Assembly: GCF_027921745.1 (NCBI RefSeq)
Contig: NC_079238.1
Span: 5,270,001 to 5,334,000, forward strand
Source of the DNA: Schizosaccharomyces osmophilus
Lineage: Eukaryota
Length of the DNA: 64,000 nucleotides
Direction: 5' to 3'
Shown: in pieces, positions 12,010 to 24,989 of the stretch
Layout: every line of letters starts with the position of its first letter
Position numbering within the stretch: position 1 is the stretch's first letter
Program-made: the position numbers and the translations under genes
The notes under the pieces: model-generated
Told to the model about the DNA's origin: nothing
Database searches by the model: none
The model's input: the letters and a program-made list of their open reading frames with translations, nothing else

Positions 12010-13364
12010 TTTTAAGAAAGAAACAAACCGTCCTTTACAAGCCGGTAAATGAAGCGGTTAAAAGCAATTTTTCTCTTTTTAAAAGTTGAAGAGGGAAGAA
12101 GGTACGTTTGGTCCAAGACAGAGAAATCAAGAGCATGATGAAAACAAAAAGATAAACGAAATTTGGAAACATGAATATATAAAGAAAAATGTAATTTCAT
12201 AAAATCGACTGCATTAAATAATGTTGATGTATAAAAGAAGGAACTGTCGAAGCAAAGGTATTTGTTCTGAAAGCTAAGCAGAAACCATGTTCATTCTGAC
12301 TATAAGTTTAGTTTTCATGGATAGAATATGAAGAAAAAAAAATAAAAAAATCCTTGAAATGTCTTTGTCTTTTTTCCAATGACTGAAAGGGATGCCAGGG
12401 TGACAAGGTGAATCCAAGCTTCGCGAGTGTCTCCCTTCATTTTTCAATTGCTTTTCTTGGCTTATACATTTTTGAAAAAACAATTACATCTGTTTTTATG
12501 ATCAGGAAAAGCCGTTTCACTTTCCTTACCTGAAAAACCTAATTTTCTAATCTTCCAAGATGATAATATAATATTTGATACTCCTTGTTACTTTTTTGAA
12601 TGTAGTTTCACGACAAAGTTGAATTCGCAAGGCTCTAAGATGAATAAATAATGTTGAAACAAACGAAATCAGAACGAAGAGTTCTTTGGAAGAAAGAAAA
12701 ATGTCTCGCTTTCGCTCTGAAATGGTTCAGAACGCTCAAAGAATTTCTACTTACCTTTTGAGACAAACAGCAATGCATATGAAAACGAGCGTTCAACTTA
12801 TTTAAAAGGGGTTCTATTATCCAATTGTGAGTAAAAAAACATTTCTATTCTTTTCTTTTCTTTTCAACCAAAAAATCCCTTGCAAGACGTCGCACAGAAT
12901 TCAACCCATACAAGAGGAAGCGGCCTACCTGTAGAGCTGGGCTCAAAGGGACTAATTTTAAAGAGCATAAAAAGAGACAATAACTTTAGTAAGTAGTTTT
13001 CTTGATTGGATTCGCTATTGAATTTCCAAAAGCATCGTTCCATGTCCATGCACTCACCATATGAATCTTCCATTCCTAGACCACTCTCATACATCCCATA
13101 CTCGCATCGTTCCTTCCATTTGGAGACAGACGAAAGCATGAAGAACGTCTTTTCCATCTTTTTCAAGCAGAAATAACCATATCCAGTAACTTTGTTTACC
13201 TTATAGTGAAATTCATTCGACCACACTATCCTAATAGTTCCTGCATTACTGACTTGACTTTTGCCAAAAAATCGTTTGCTTGCAGTCTAGCAATTCTTGA
13301 CTGAATTGGGTGCCTTGAAAAGAAAAGGAAAGAGAACTTTTTTCAATTTGGTTAAGTCTTAGAC

Positions 13365-13936
13365 ATGTCTGTTTGTAAAGATGAAAGCGAGTTTGATGCC
13401 CCTTGGGAAAAAGTTTCGTCGGCATGGTTGCGAAGGTACCCAAAGTATGTGCATGAAAATTGAAATTAGAAGATTTTCCGATCCGTATTAACGGCTTTAT
13501 TAGTCCTTATAGCTCTCACGTAGTGTCTTCCGATGTCTTAGAGCGATACATCGATGAAAAAGGCCGATTGCATACCGAACGACTTTTAGTTAAGCAAGGG
13601 AGAGTACCTCGATGGGCTTCGGAGTTCTTAAACGTGAGCAGATCTTACATTTTGGAAAGGTCCATAATCGACGCAAACAAGCGTGAACTCTTGAGTGAAA
13701 CCTTTAATATTGACCATCTCAAACTCCTGAAGGCCATGGAGTATAATCGATACCAACCTTCTGAAGAAGATAGCTCAAAAACTTCCATAACAACTTTAGC
13801 TCAATTTGCTTCTCCTTTACGGCTGGGTTTGGGGCGTCGGGTCCAAAAATATTGTCTGAAGCGCTTTCCAGAACAGCTGATCGGCTCCCGACGTGGTGTA
13901 TTATACGTTTTACAAAAACAAAAATCTATTTCTTAA
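13365..13936 (+). CDS. ups1: PRELI/MSF1-family mitochondrial lipid transfer protein Ups1, 2 exons
   Basis: WEKVSSAWLRRYPNPYSSHVVSSDVLER formed across intron 13445-13503. Confidence 0.9.
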
Positions 13937-14186
13937 AGCTCGCATATTCTTCTTCCTAATTTTTTGAGATATTTTGTCTTTACGCACCTTTTTCTTTTAA
14001 TGCCCATTGCTTGCAACTTATCCTAATCCATCAAGTACAAATTTCCCTTAATTTACGCTATACGACCGATTGTAAGCAACGAATTGAGGCATTGCAAATA
14101 ATCATATTCAAAGTTCACGCTAGACTTTCTTTTGGTACCATACATTTCACGTTCAGTTGACTTAATAAAATTAATTTAAGCATACA

Positions 14187-15512
14187 TTACAAGCTTTTCA
14201 TTTTGGTATACGCATCTGCCATACACCTCAAAAGAATGTCCATTCCTTGTCTTTGAGTAGCACTTATAGGTATAACACGTATCGATTGTCGTTTTTTCGA
14301 TACCACGTCTTTTAGGCTTTCGAGTTGTTTTTCGGCAGAAATATCTGCTTTGTTTGCGATTACTACTGACAATCTCTCCACAAGCTCGGGATTGTATTCT
14401 TCAAGTTCTTTCCAAAGCTGCTGAAATGCTTCAGTGCATGAAATCCTTGCTTTTGGAGATATGTCTATTACCATGCAAAGAAGTTTGGCCCTTTCGATGT
14501 GACGTAGAAACTCAAACCCAAGTCCACGGCCATCGCTAGCTCCCTCAATGAGTCCTGGAATATCTGCCAAACGGAAGCTCACAGGAATATGATTATCAGA
14601 GATTACACGGACCGTTCCCAAATGTGGTTGCAGCGTTGTAAATTCATAATCTCCTACAGTAGAGCTTGCCCTTGTCAAAGAATTCAATAAAGTACTTTTT
14701 CCTGCATTTGGAAGCCCTACCAAGCCAATATCACACAAAGTTTTCAGCTCCAATTCAAAAACCTTCGACTGTCCCTTCAGTCCTTTAGTTGCAAACTTGG
14801 GAGATCGATTTTTTTCGCTCAAAAAATGTACATTTCCAAAGCCGCCAATGCCGCCTTGGCATAGAATTCTCGGTTTACCATCATCATCCATCAAATTATA
14901 TTTTATCGGGTACGTATTTATAGGAGGAGACTTACTATAAAAAAGCTCTTGTGCTTGCCTTTCGGCTTCATCTTCAAAAGATGGACCATCCAAGGCTAGT
15001 TTAGGTAATCTTTCATTACCTGGTCGCTGGACCCATTGAACTGGATAATTATGACTCTGTTCTTCTTCTTCATTCAAATTTTGGATTTCTTTAACAATAG
15101 TTCCTGGTGGAACATAGATAATTGAAGAGGACCCTAAGCTACCATGGCAATTTCCTCCTTTGCCATTCGTTCCAGCAGTCGCCTTATAATGGCTCAATAA
15201 ATGTGATAAATTATTAAAAGTTCCTGGCCTGGTAGCAATGTACACTGATCCTCCATCACCTCCATTCCCTCCGTCAGCTGGCCCATATGGTACAAACTTT
15301 TCCCGACCAAATGAAGAGCATCCAGCACCGCCGGTGCCACCTTTCACTTTGATTATAACTTTGTCTTTAAATTTCTGAGTTACAATTAGTCATCTAGATT
15401 CATGAAGTTCTGCTGTTCCACCTTTGGGTGGCCGTACCTGCTGTGTAGCAAATGCTCGAGCCCATGATTGCAATCCGCCCAGATTAATGAGCCTTCGTCC
15501 ATGAATGAACAT
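14187..15512 (-). CDS. mtg2: Mitochondrial Obg-family GTPase Mtg2, 2 exons
   Basis: Gly-rich Obg fold, GLPNAGKS, FTT, DIPG, NKAD; intron 15375-15437; in-frame alternative ATG at 15530. Confidence 0.92.
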
Positions 15513-15858
15513 TAAGTTTCCAAAAATCATTATTATCAGGTCTAGATATTTCGTATTTTAATATTCCAAACCCATTATACTTCCACCTGGTTGTGAGTAG
15601 ACAGTATAAAATCAAGGGTTGATGGTGTATTCATTCTTATTATTCATGGAGCTCTCTTTGAACGTTCTCTTCAGCTTTGTAAACAATAAAAACAATTCTA
15701 CTAAGTTTTTATTTTGAATATATAATTTTGGTTGCTCATATTTAAAATCCTACATGAGATTATCTACGACTGGTCTTCAGACAGCATTCTTTTACAGTAT
15801 GAGATGAAAATATAAAGGTGTTATCGAGATTTAAAGCTAAGTAATTCTTCCCTTCTGC

Positions 15859-18800
15859 TTAAAATAATTCATAACCGTAAGGAGGAATTCTTTTTACGGA
15901 ATTAACTTTCGATACATCGAGCCAGAATGTCCAGCCCAATTTCTGCAACAAGTCTTTTTCTTCGTCAAAAAGCTTAGCAATGTCTGACTTTCCAGAATTG
16001 CCGTTCTCATTAATTTGTTTCATTAAAGCCTTCAAGGCTAAACCATATTGAGGCAAGCTCTTATAATAGTCCTTTTTAATTACTGCAACACGAGAATCAG
16101 AATCTTCTAACCAATTCAACAACAATTGATAAGACTTGCAATAACCATCTGCGTCTTTGCTAGGTTGCTTAGCATATAAAGAACACTTCACTTCAAGAGC
16201 TTTGATGAAGGCATCCTTTTGCATGGCGGTGCTCTTTTCCAAAATAGTGTCCTTTGGAATAGTGTCATCAACCTTCTTTTGACTGCTGTAATAACGGGAA
16301 AGCGCCTCTTGATCAATAAGGGACAAAATGGATTCAGCAACGGATAGACGTTCATTGTCTTCCTTGGCAGTATCCAATCTTGCAAGTTGAACTTCCAAGC
16401 TGTTCTTATAAGTAGATTGGAGGTATTTCAAGTGCTTATCTTTATCGGTACCTTCCAATTTAGATAGGAGGTCGACTTGCAACTGAACCAAATTAGGAGT
16501 CTCCTTGGTAGAGGAAGGCTTCTCAATGGGCTTTGAAGAAGGAATTAAGGATACAGGAACGGATGCTTTATCACAGTCATTAAATTTCAGAGTACCAGTA
16601 AGCACGGACTTGTCGTTAATTTCAGAAGGATATTCTTCAATCTCTGTACCAACAACAAAGCTCTTTACGATATTGGCTTCAACAACTGCTCGATCAAAAC
16701 TTTCCTTTTTATTGTCACAAAAGTCTATGTGGTCAGAGTAAAGTGGAAGAGTGATCGATTTTTTCAACTTTTTAGTTAATTTCATAGTCAAGTTTTTGAA
16801 TCTTTCTAGCTTGATTGGGTCCACGCTTAATAATTGTATTTTATACACATATTCACCTTTTTCAAGGGAATGGGATGATGCGTACATATCACCATAGTGA
16901 ACTCTTTGCTTCTGAGAATCGAAAATCATGAAAAATATTCCATTAAAACCATTGTCGTACATGTTATGTGGAACAGAAAAATCTGCTGTCAAATCAAGCT
17001 TATCCTCCACTGTCAATGGATAGGTGTTAATCAATTCAAACAACTGCTGATTATCTGGAAGTATATCTCGTTCACCAAGAGGTTGTATTACAGATTCAGT
17101 TGGCTTGTAAGATTCGGTAAATTTATCAAGAGAAATCTCAGGCTTAAACTTCTCTCGACGAACGCTGATGCAATCAAGGCGTTCAAGTCCTTTATTGCCA
17201 TGAAGTGTAATTTCACTTCCGTTCAAAATTTGAATACCATGGAAATTAACATCAATATCCAAAGTCATAGGTTCCAAAGAAGACCACCATTGTGCCATGC
17301 AAAGCTCAAGGGTATGTGTATCGTGAATGGGTACTAGTTTATTAGTCACTTCATTATCCGATACGGACATTATAAGTTCTGTGGATGCATCCTTGAGTTT
17401 TGTCTGTGGCAGAGTCTGATTGGTACTAATCCAAAGCATATTGGAGGACTCTAAAGGTGAAACGGCCTTGACGCGAATTTCAGCATAAGTAGCTCCCTTA
17501 GGGGGTACAAGGAAATTACGACGAATCAATGTTGGCTCGAAGGAGACATCACGAAGAGAAAAGTTTGCATTTACTACTGTAGATGGTTTCATGACCGTTA
17601 CAGGAATTTCAAACAAACAACGTCGAGAAGCTTTAGTAGCTTCAAAAGCCTTCACTTTACCGAAATGGAAGCCAGTAGTTAAAACGGTAGGATCGACACG
17701 TACAGAAATAGCTCTTCCTGTTCCAGCCATCATCACGTACTCTGGAGCTTGAATCCAAGGTTGCGTTGTCGCAAGAGAAATTTGTACTTCAAATTGAGAT
17801 TTAGCTGCTTCTTCTCCTTCTTCGAACTTGGGAGCAACAGTAAATGTGTGACGGGAAGGACTAGCAAGGTCAGCCATCTCACGAAGATAAACACCACGTT
17901 TGCTATTCCCAAAATTTCCTTTAATTGTGAATGAGCGCGAAGAAGCAGCTTCTGCATCAGACTCCGTCAAGTAACTATAGGCGGTATCGACTTGTAACAT
18001 TCCAGCCTCAAATTCATCTCGCACATCCTTCGATGTGTACATGACCGCTTTCTTAACACCAGAAGCAGTGTATGCAATATTTTGAGCCTTAAGTGCTGAC
18101 AAAATTAACGCAATACCACCACATGCTGAAGGAGAAGACATACTAGTTCCATTCATTAACTGGCTGTTTTGTAAGGAATAAGGAGGGACAGACGTAATGG
18201 CGCCGCCAGGTGCATAGATAGATACGCCAGTATCACCGTCTAGAGTAGGACCACGGGAACACCAGGTATATGGAGTATCACGCACATTTGAAAGAAGACT
18301 GTATTGGGCTTGCATCATGCTTCCAGTGACATATGCGCCTACTGAAATAACATCGGTCGTAGTTCCACCAGGGGCGCCGACAGTGGTATAAGCAGGTCCA
18401 TTATTACCAGCAGAAGAGACAATTATGACATTCCTTTTGCCAGAAAGCTCATCGCGAAGAAGCTCAACAACTCTTCCCTTATCACAAACACCAGCATCTT
18501 CTCCAAAACTAATGTTAATGATATCAACTTCGTTTTTTACAATTTCCGTGCATGCACGAGAAAAAGCATGACTTGTTTCTAAAGAATCTAATCTTCCATC
18601 ACCAATCATTAGTGAGACAAGTCGACATCCAGGTGCGGCACCATTCAGATCTGGCTTTTCAGGATGATGAGCACCAATGATACCACCAACATGAGTCCCA
18701 TGAGTTCCGCTAACAGCGACTAAGGAAGTAACATTACCATTGTCATAAACATGAACACCGTAGCTTAGTAAATCTTTGGATCCAAAAGTGTTCCATTCCT

Positions 18801-19686
18801 GAGCAACCGAGAACGGACGAAGAGGTTTTTGCTCAGTCAAATCACCGGACTGACTTGCGTCCACGACAACATGCCAGTGCTCGCCATCATGAAACGTAAC
18901 GATATCATAAAGAGGACCATTCTTTTCAAACTTTTCACCAAATTCCTTTAGGCATTCGATGCGAGCTTCTAGCTCTTTCAATTTCAATAATTTGTCTTTG
19001 TCGGTAGGAATTTCGGGGGTTTCAGCTTTAAACTTTGCATATTCTTCAGTAGTTTCTTGTAAAAGTTTTCGATTGTTCTTGTTCATATCTTCCGTCTCCA
19101 ATCCTTGAAGACGCTTTCGTAAATCACTAGGGAAAAAGTCATAACCAAATTTGCATCCAACCCTCCATTTCTTGCTAGGGTTCTTCCATTTTTTTGAAAG
19201 TTTCAATGTTCTTCCAGAACGTCCTTGAACACTAATATATTCATTAGATGTACCATTATCAAGGGATTCCACTTCAAGTGATGTATCAACATCTCCTGCT
19301 CCGGTGCAATCAACGACATTTTTAAATTTGGCTTCTCCGGTACTCGTGAGGGAAAGCCCAGGCGCACCAGGATCCACACCTGTATCTAAGATACCCACAG
19401 TAACGCCTCGTCCATCATACTCTGGGTACTTCTTCAAGAACTCAAAAGCCTGAGTTTCATGCTTAGGTACTACACCATCAAAGGGAAAATAGTTACCAGA
19501 AAAATCTGAAGGGATCATAGATGTATTGTATTGTCGAGAAAAGTAAAAACTCCGCGGTTTACAGGGTCGGAAGAATGATATGGTAGAAGAGAAGATGGTC
19601 TGAGGTGCATTTTTTATATGTAATCTTATCTCCCAAAAACCCCTTGAAGCAACAAAAAATGGGTTTGCAATTCTAGAAAATTGCAT
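15859..19686 (-). CDS. tpp2: Tripeptidyl-peptidase II (subtilase S8)
   Basis: Catalytic motifs [20 protein letters not shown]; 1275-aa single exon. Confidence 0.96.
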   Translation of the reverse strand: MQFSRIANPFFVASRGFWEIRLHIKNAPQTIFSSTISFFRPCKPRSFYFSRQYNTSMIPSDFSGNYFPFDGVVPKHETQAFEFLKKYPEYDGRGVTVGILDTGVDPGAPGLSLTSTGEAKFKNVVDCTGAGDVDTSLEVESLDNGTSNEYISVQGRSGRTLKLSKKWKNPSKKWRVGCKFGYDFFPSDLRKRLQGLETEDMNKNNRKLLQETTEEYAKFKAETPEIPTDKDKLLKLKELEARIECLKEFGEKFEKNGPLYDIVTFHDGEHWHVVVDASQSGDLTEQKPLRPFSVAQEWNTFGSKDLLSYGVHVYDNGNVTSLVAVSGTHGTHVGGIIGAHHPEKPDLNGAAPGCRLVSLMIGDGRLDSLETSHAFSRACTEIVKNEVDIINISFGEDAGVCDKGRVVELLRDELSGKRNVIIVSSAGNNGPAYTTVGAPGGTTTDVISVGAYVTGSMMQAQYSLLSNVRDTPYTWCSRGPTLDGDTGVSIYAPGGAITSVPPYSLQNSQLMNGTSMSSPSACGGIALILSALKAQNIAYTASGVKKAVMYTSKDVRDEFEAGMLQVDTAYSYLTESDAEAASSRSFTIKGNFGNSKRGVYLREMADLASPSRHTFTVAPKFEEGEEAAKSQFEVQISLATTQPWIQAPEYVMMAGTGRAISVRVDPTVLTTGFHFGKVKAFEATKASRRCLFEIPVTVMKPSTVVNANFSLRDVSFEPTLIRRNFLVPPKGATYAEIRVKAVSPLESSNMLWISTNQTLPQTKLKDASTELIMSVSDNEVTNKLVPIHDTHTLELCMAQWWSSLEPMTLDIDVNFHGIQILNGSEITLHGNKGLERLDCISVRREKFKPEISLDKFTESYKPTESVIQPLGERDILPDNQQLFELINTYPLTVEDKLDLTADFSVPHNMYDNGFNGIFFMIFDSQKQRVHYGDMYASSHSLEKGEYVYKIQLLSVDPIKLERFKNLTMKLTKKLKKSITLPLYSDHIDFCDNKKESFDRAVVEANIVKSFVVGTEIEEYPSEINDKSVLTGTLKFNDCDKASVPVSLIPSSKPIEKPSSTKETPNLVQLQVDLLSKLEGTDKDKHLKYLQSTYKNSLEVQLARLDTAKEDNERLSVAESILSLIDQEALSRYYSSQKKVDDTIPKDTILEKSTAMQKDAFIKALEVKCSLYAKQPSKDADGYCKSYQLLLNWLEDSDSRVAVIKKDYYKSLPQYGLALKALMKQINENGNSGKSDIAKLFDEEKDLLQKLGWTFWLDVSKVNSVKRIPPYGYELF

Positions 19687-20059
19687 CTATAAAGATTACT
19701 TGCTCTGCACTTAAAAGAGGGTATATTCACCAGGGACCGATCGTAGTCGTTGGTAAGAATCCACACTCTGACTACAACTGGGTGTGTCGGGAATCGAGAT
19801 TAAACGCTTTTTCTTTTTGATTTTTTTATAACTATTATTACTAACTATAACGGCTTACAATGTTCAGAATGCCTTCTACGTTTGACGCCATGAAAGAACG
19901 GACAATGCAATGGAATATCTTGCAAAATGTAAATGTTGAGCTAAAATAATTTAATTACGTTTAAATTAATATGTATCTAGTAAAAACAAAACGAGGCCAA
20001 AATAAAAGTCTAATTGCTTCTTCCTTCTTGTATTATTTATTGTAGACCCATAAACCAAC

Positions 20060-21652
20060 TTAAAGAAATGTACAGGCGGGAGAAAAGCTACAGTTCTTCG
20101 GATACAAATCGAGCGGTTGCGAACATGCAGTATTATGTGGGTCATAATAGTATCCTTGGACGTTGCCAGTTGCTCTTGACAAACAACAAAAGTAGAAGCC
20201 CGAGATTTTGTAGTTAGAGCGATCCACTTGATTTCCCAAGTATAATATATCTTTCCATCTCATAAAAATATACTTGTCACAAACTTTAGATAACTTTTTA
20301 CCATCGGTGATAATATCAAGGAACATATCTGTATCCATGCTTTGAAAGGGAGATAGTTTGCGCCAAAAACAAATATCAACCTCTAAGGGAGCGCCCCATT
20401 TTTCTGTAGCAAAATTCTTATTTTCAGAAAAATCGAGTATTTCACCACTCCAGGCTGTAGAAATCGAAGAAGAACGACTCTCCGGATTTTGCGGATAAGC
20501 ATCTAATTGACCTTCAAGTTGCATCTTTTTGTAGTCCACCAAATGAATAGATACATCGACAATCCAGCGATCCTTTGGATTGGTGGTCGAAGGCAGTCCA
20601 CTGATAGAGTGACATCCTTCTAGTTGAGTGCCTTGGAAAACAGAACCACTGCGGAGCCACCAAGAAGGAGAAAGAAATCTGACCCGTTTCTTCGTCCGCC
20701 GAGATTTACGCAGTAGATGCAATCGTTTGTGCCTGGAAAAGAGAGAATTTAAAGAGTTTTTTCTTGGAACGTTATTTCTGGAAATAGATCGCGAGGAATT
20801 ACCGCTTCCACTAAACTCGCGACCTGCCAAGCTGTTCAGATATGATAGCGCTGAATTCTGCAACGAATTACGGAAATTCTCTAGCGGATGAGCTTGAGAA
20901 GCTGTTTCATTTGACGAAGAACTACCACTGCTCAGAGAGTTGTGTTCGGAACGGTGTCCAACCGTATGCTGATGTTGATTATTAATGAGAGAAAAAGAGC
21001 GATGAGGGGAAATAGGACGTGAATTGTTTTCATGTGAAAAGAAAGACTGTGATGATTCATTACGCTCGGAGGGAAGAGGGGGAGTAGGGGAAATCGAAAA
21101 TGGTGGCCTTAAAGTCACTGGCTCAGCTCTTTGATCTCTGGGGGATATAGACGATAAACCTAAACTGGCATCCCGATGATCGTTAGCTTGCAGATATCGA
21201 TTCAACCGTAAGACACGATCAACTAGTCTTTCCGTGTGTGAAGAAAAAAGGGCAGGTAAAGGCAATGCTTCGTCGTAATTCATTTCAGTGAGCATTTCAA
21301 TCCATTCAGGAAGATTTCTTCTTGAAATTCGAGTGGCATTGCTTCGAGAGAGACCTACCGACCTTCGAGATTGTCTATGACTTGGATGAGGGAACGACGA
21401 AAAATTGGATGAAGCTCCATCTGGTCGTGGCAAAGATTGAGAATTCAATGAATCTTGTGAAGATGGTCTAGTATTCAGCATCGATGCTGATGATATGTGA
21501 TTGTTAGAATTTCGCCGACTCCGTTGATTTAAGGAAGGATGACCTCGATGAAAAAACTGTGAATTATACCAATCGGGATTGGAGTCATAGAAACTTGGCT
21601 CATGCGTAAAGGAAGCGACACTTTCAGGTAAATTAGACAGAGGACGCGGCAT
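20060..21652 (-). CDS. gid4: Vid24/Gid4-family GID complex substrate receptor with long disordered N-terminus
   Basis: C-terminal WLRSGSVFQGTQ..W.GEI..YIFMRWK..ISGFY..GYYY; first ATG at 21652 (track start is TTG). Confidence 0.85.
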   Translation of the reverse strand: MPRPLSNLPESVASFTHEPSFYDSNPDWYNSQFFHRGHPSLNQRSRRNSNNHISSASMLNTRPSSQDSLNSQSLPRPDGASSNFSSFPHPSHRQSRRSVGLSRSNATRISRRNLPEWIEMLTEMNYDEALPLPALFSSHTERLVDRVLRLNRYLQANDHRDASLGLSSISPRDQRAEPVTLRPPFSISPTPPLPSERNESSQSFFSHENNSRPISPHRSFSLINNQHQHTVGHRSEHNSLSSGSSSSNETASQAHPLENFRNSLQNSALSYLNSLAGREFSGSGNSSRSISRNNVPRKNSLNSLFSRHKRLHLLRKSRRTKKRVRFLSPSWWLRSGSVFQGTQLEGCHSISGLPSTTNPKDRWIVDVSIHLVDYKKMQLEGQLDAYPQNPESRSSSISTAWSGEILDFSENKNFATEKWGAPLEVDICFWRKLSPFQSMDTDMFLDIITDGKKLSKVCDKYIFMRWKDILYLGNQVDRSNYKISGFYFCCLSRATGNVQGYYYDPHNTACSQPLDLYPKNCSFSPACTFL

Positions 21653-22601
21653 GAAGATAAACGAAACGAATGCAATAAGGAGATGTACTGGTAGCAGCGA
21701 CCGTAAATTAAACAATTAGGGTATTAACTTAATAAATAGAAAGGAAAATATTTTTCCTTTGGCGAATTGCGCTTGATCGTAGAAGAACGGCAATAAAAAA
21801 CTAATATACAGATTTAAAGAAACGAAAAAGTACAAATTGACCTTGAAGCAAGGAAAAAGATTAATAGAGCGTTATCAATAATCTCAAATTTGTAAAGAAT
21901 AGGAACAAATAATGCTCTTGATTTGTAACAATTCAAACTGATTATTTCTGGTGCCCGACAAATAGTTCTTCTCAAAATGTACTTCGCGGACAACAAACAC
22001 AAAAAGCAAACCTTTACGATGTAATAATACGAACAATTAACCCTTCTTTCTATATTCAATAACCGTCAATACTATATTGAGAACGCAAAACCTATAAGTT
22101 TTCTTCTTCAGCCGAAGGCAAATTTTTCACTAGCAGCAATAAAAGTCCAGTTTTAAAACATTTAAATGATTATTTTTTGTAGTAAAAAACCAGAAAAACT
22201 TTTTAAAGCTCCTTCTAGCCACGAATTGGCCGACAATTGTAAAATAAGATTTATGGCCCAAGTTGGTTTAGGTAGAGTCGGTTACTGTGAAAGTCCAAAA
22301 TTTCACTAGGCAGACGAAATATTAGAGAAACGATTCACATATTCAGAAATACAAGTTGAAAGGATAACAGTAAGGCGGTATGAATTCCAGTACATTGTCG
22401 GTTTTTTAACAGAAAAAAATAAGTTAGAAGCAATGCCAAAGTATACAAGTAGGAAATACCAGCAACATAATTGAAGTTATATTTTATATCGTATATAGTT
22501 CTTAGCCTTAATTAATGTACAGAAATTGTTTTATCATAATTATGAACAGCAACCATCTGCTGTTGATGTTTCACCAAAAAACCAGGCCCATTCGCTTTAC
22601 C

Positions 22602-24620
22602 TTAATTTGGAACTTCGTAAAGATCCACAAGTTTCCAAATATCTCTTAAAAAGTCTTCAATAGAAGAATCTCCTTCTACTTCCAAAACTGTTCCAGTAAA
22701 ATATGGCGACATAACGTAGGAACATAGTAACTCTGAAGTCCCCCATTTGAATTTTTTGCATTCGCGCTTTTCATAAGTTTGCAAGTAAAAATCCTGCTGC
22801 AAATCCCCCTGGGGAGATGAAAAGAGAAATCGCTTGGGACATTTATGGAATTGTTTCGTACTTAAGTATGGAAAACATTGGGCAGCATAGTCGTCAAACG
22901 AGCCTTCCCAAGGGATTGTTTGACGACTGCAGGAACTCATTAATAGGTCAACAAAGTGCATTGGTAAAAGAATCTGGCTTTTATGATCATTTCCCATAAC
23001 CAAGTGTTTTTCCTGCCTTTCTAAACCATCATCTTTATTTGGAGATGTGAACGCCATTTCTAAACATCGGTGATTATTAAGGTGATTCGATTCGGCGGTT
23101 GGAAGAAATACTAATTTTCTATTGTAAAAGGTCTCGCAGTGAAGCAACTCTTCTTTAGATAATGTATGGAAAAGTGTCGATAAGAGATTGGGTATACCGG
23201 GAATAAAAATGTTATAAGCATTTCCATTAGTCCCTTTTGAAACGGCTAACGAATGCAATCCGCTTTCTTTCGAGGAAACGTATTTGCTATGGAATAAAGA
23301 GTGTCCAAATGTTGCTTTTAAGGAATAGTCAATAGGCATATTATTCGTATTAGAAAAAGATTGTTTTTGCATTTCTTTTTCCAACAAAAAATTACCTTCA
23401 TACTCTTTTATATAAGAACTGATTGGTACGTATTCGTTGTTTTTTTGAGCAATCAGAGGAGTAATCAAGGTATCATCAAAAGGTGTGGTCGCAGGAGTAG
23501 ATGCGAAAGTTGGAAGAATTGTTGAGAAGTTTTCAAAAGAATCGCTTCTTTGAATACTCGTATTCCATGAATATCCAATATCTTTCATCCACCTCTTCCA
23601 AGTATTGTTATTTTTTGTAAACCATGGCATAGAAAATGCATTGTTCCTAGGGCTAACATTATTATTCAACTTGTTCGACGGAACCATAGAATAAAACCTA
23701 TCTCCACAAAAAAATCCATTCACCAATGCATATAACGTCCTCTTAATATCTTCAAAAGTTCTTCCGTCTTCAAGAATGGAACTGATTTTCAATTCACTTT
23801 TGTTCCGAGGTTCAAGAAAGGCGTTGGTTTTTTGAGAAAATTCCTTAAGGTTTTCTTTGACCAACGATACTAAAACTTCCGGAAACTGGAAGGAAGCCGC
23901 TTGTATTTGGTTCAGGCGATTAAAAACATTATCCTTCATACTTTCGGCAGCTTTCTTCTTTCCCTGAATGCGAATACGGTAATCTGAAACGTTGAAGAAA
24001 ACATGACAATCATGCACCATTGACAGGTTTTTGACATCGGCTGCCTTATCTAATAGCAAGAAAAACATGCCAACTGGGCTGACCTGTAAATCCAATTCTT
24101 TCACTAAATCATCCTCAATTGATGTCTTAACTTCGAGCTTCCAGTGATCTTGTAGAAAGTACTTGATTAATGATATTTTATTTCGTTTTCCCACTCCCTT
24201 AAGCGTTATAGATTCAACAAGTTTTCGAAGCTGCTGCACTCGAAATGACTTATCCAAGACTTTTTCAAGTTGAGAAAATCTAGCCAACGATATTTCTTTT
24301 TCTTTTGGTTTTAAAGACTCCAAAGCTCGGCGTAATTCAGTTATAGACTCTTCGTTCCCTGGTTCTCTTAAAAGTTCTGATGCCATCGATTCAACAAACT
24401 TATGAGTCACTGAAGGAACATCTCCACGTTTTTTGGAAGAAACTCTTTCCCGCTTAGGTTCTAAAATGATAAAACGATCGTTCTCCTTGTTTTCTTTTGT
24501 TACTGAACCGCTATGAAAGCCCTTAGCAAAAGCAAACCCTTGAGGCTCAGGACCTCTTAAAAGTCTCGTAAAGTACGGATAATTTTTAATATTTTTAATT
24601 TTGATGCCATTTTTTAACAT
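22602..24620 (-). CDS. sls1: Mitochondrial protein, probable Sls1 orthologue
   Basis: 672-aa ORF with basic presequence-like N-terminus; identity mostly from remembered synteny. Confidence 0.6.
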   Translation of the reverse strand: MLKNGIKIKNIKNYPYFTRLLRGPEPQGFAFAKGFHSGSVTKENKENDRFIILEPKRERVSSKKRGDVPSVTHKFVESMASELLREPGNEESITELRRALESLKPKEKEISLARFSQLEKVLDKSFRVQQLRKLVESITLKGVGKRNKISLIKYFLQDHWKLEVKTSIEDDLVKELDLQVSPVGMFFLLLDKAADVKNLSMVHDCHVFFNVSDYRIRIQGKKKAAESMKDNVFNRLNQIQAASFQFPEVLVSLVKENLKEFSQKTNAFLEPRNKSELKISSILEDGRTFEDIKRTLYALVNGFFCGDRFYSMVPSNKLNNNVSPRNNAFSMPWFTKNNNTWKRWMKDIGYSWNTSIQRSDSFENFSTILPTFASTPATTPFDDTLITPLIAQKNNEYVPISSYIKEYEGNFLLEKEMQKQSFSNTNNMPIDYSLKATFGHSLFHSKYVSSKESGLHSLAVSKGTNGNAYNIFIPGIPNLLSTLFHTLSKEELLHCETFYNRKLVFLPTAESNHLNNHRCLEMAFTSPNKDDGLERQEKHLVMGNDHKSQILLPMHFVDLLMSSCSRQTIPWEGSFDDYAAQCFPYLSTKQFHKCPKRFLFSSPQGDLQQDFYLQTYEKRECKKFKWGTSELLCSYVMSPYFTGTVLEVEGDSSIEDFLRDIWKLVDLYEVPN

Positions 24621-24989
24621 TTCCTATAACAGATGCATTAATTATGCTGCACACGTTGAGTAGGTAATCTTACGGTTGGTGTCGAGCTGTAAGGCTTGGT
24701 CAAATCTTTTTGGATATGTCAACTGTCAGGAGGGAAAATCAAAAAGCCTATAGCAAGTAAGGTGATTATCAAATATTTAGTATCTTCCTTTCTAAATACA
24801 GGAGGATTTGTTTTTGATTGAGAACATGGTATATGAATCAGACAGTAGTTATCTCAATAAGTGAAAAGTCCAGCAGAATAATGTAGTATTTAATCTAATT
24901 AATATATAGAGCTATAGATAGATTCATGATGGAGTATTAGAAAATCGTAACGTTAAATCATTAGACCGGATATCTTGCGATATAGATGT

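Noticed and set aside
12864..13226. 120-aa minus-strand ORF
   Set aside because: GTG start, unnatural composition, no family match I recognise
22251..22320. TGGCCCAAGTTGGTTTAGG resembles a tRNA D-arm/A box
   Set aside because: No T-arm GTTCRA B box and no acceptor stem
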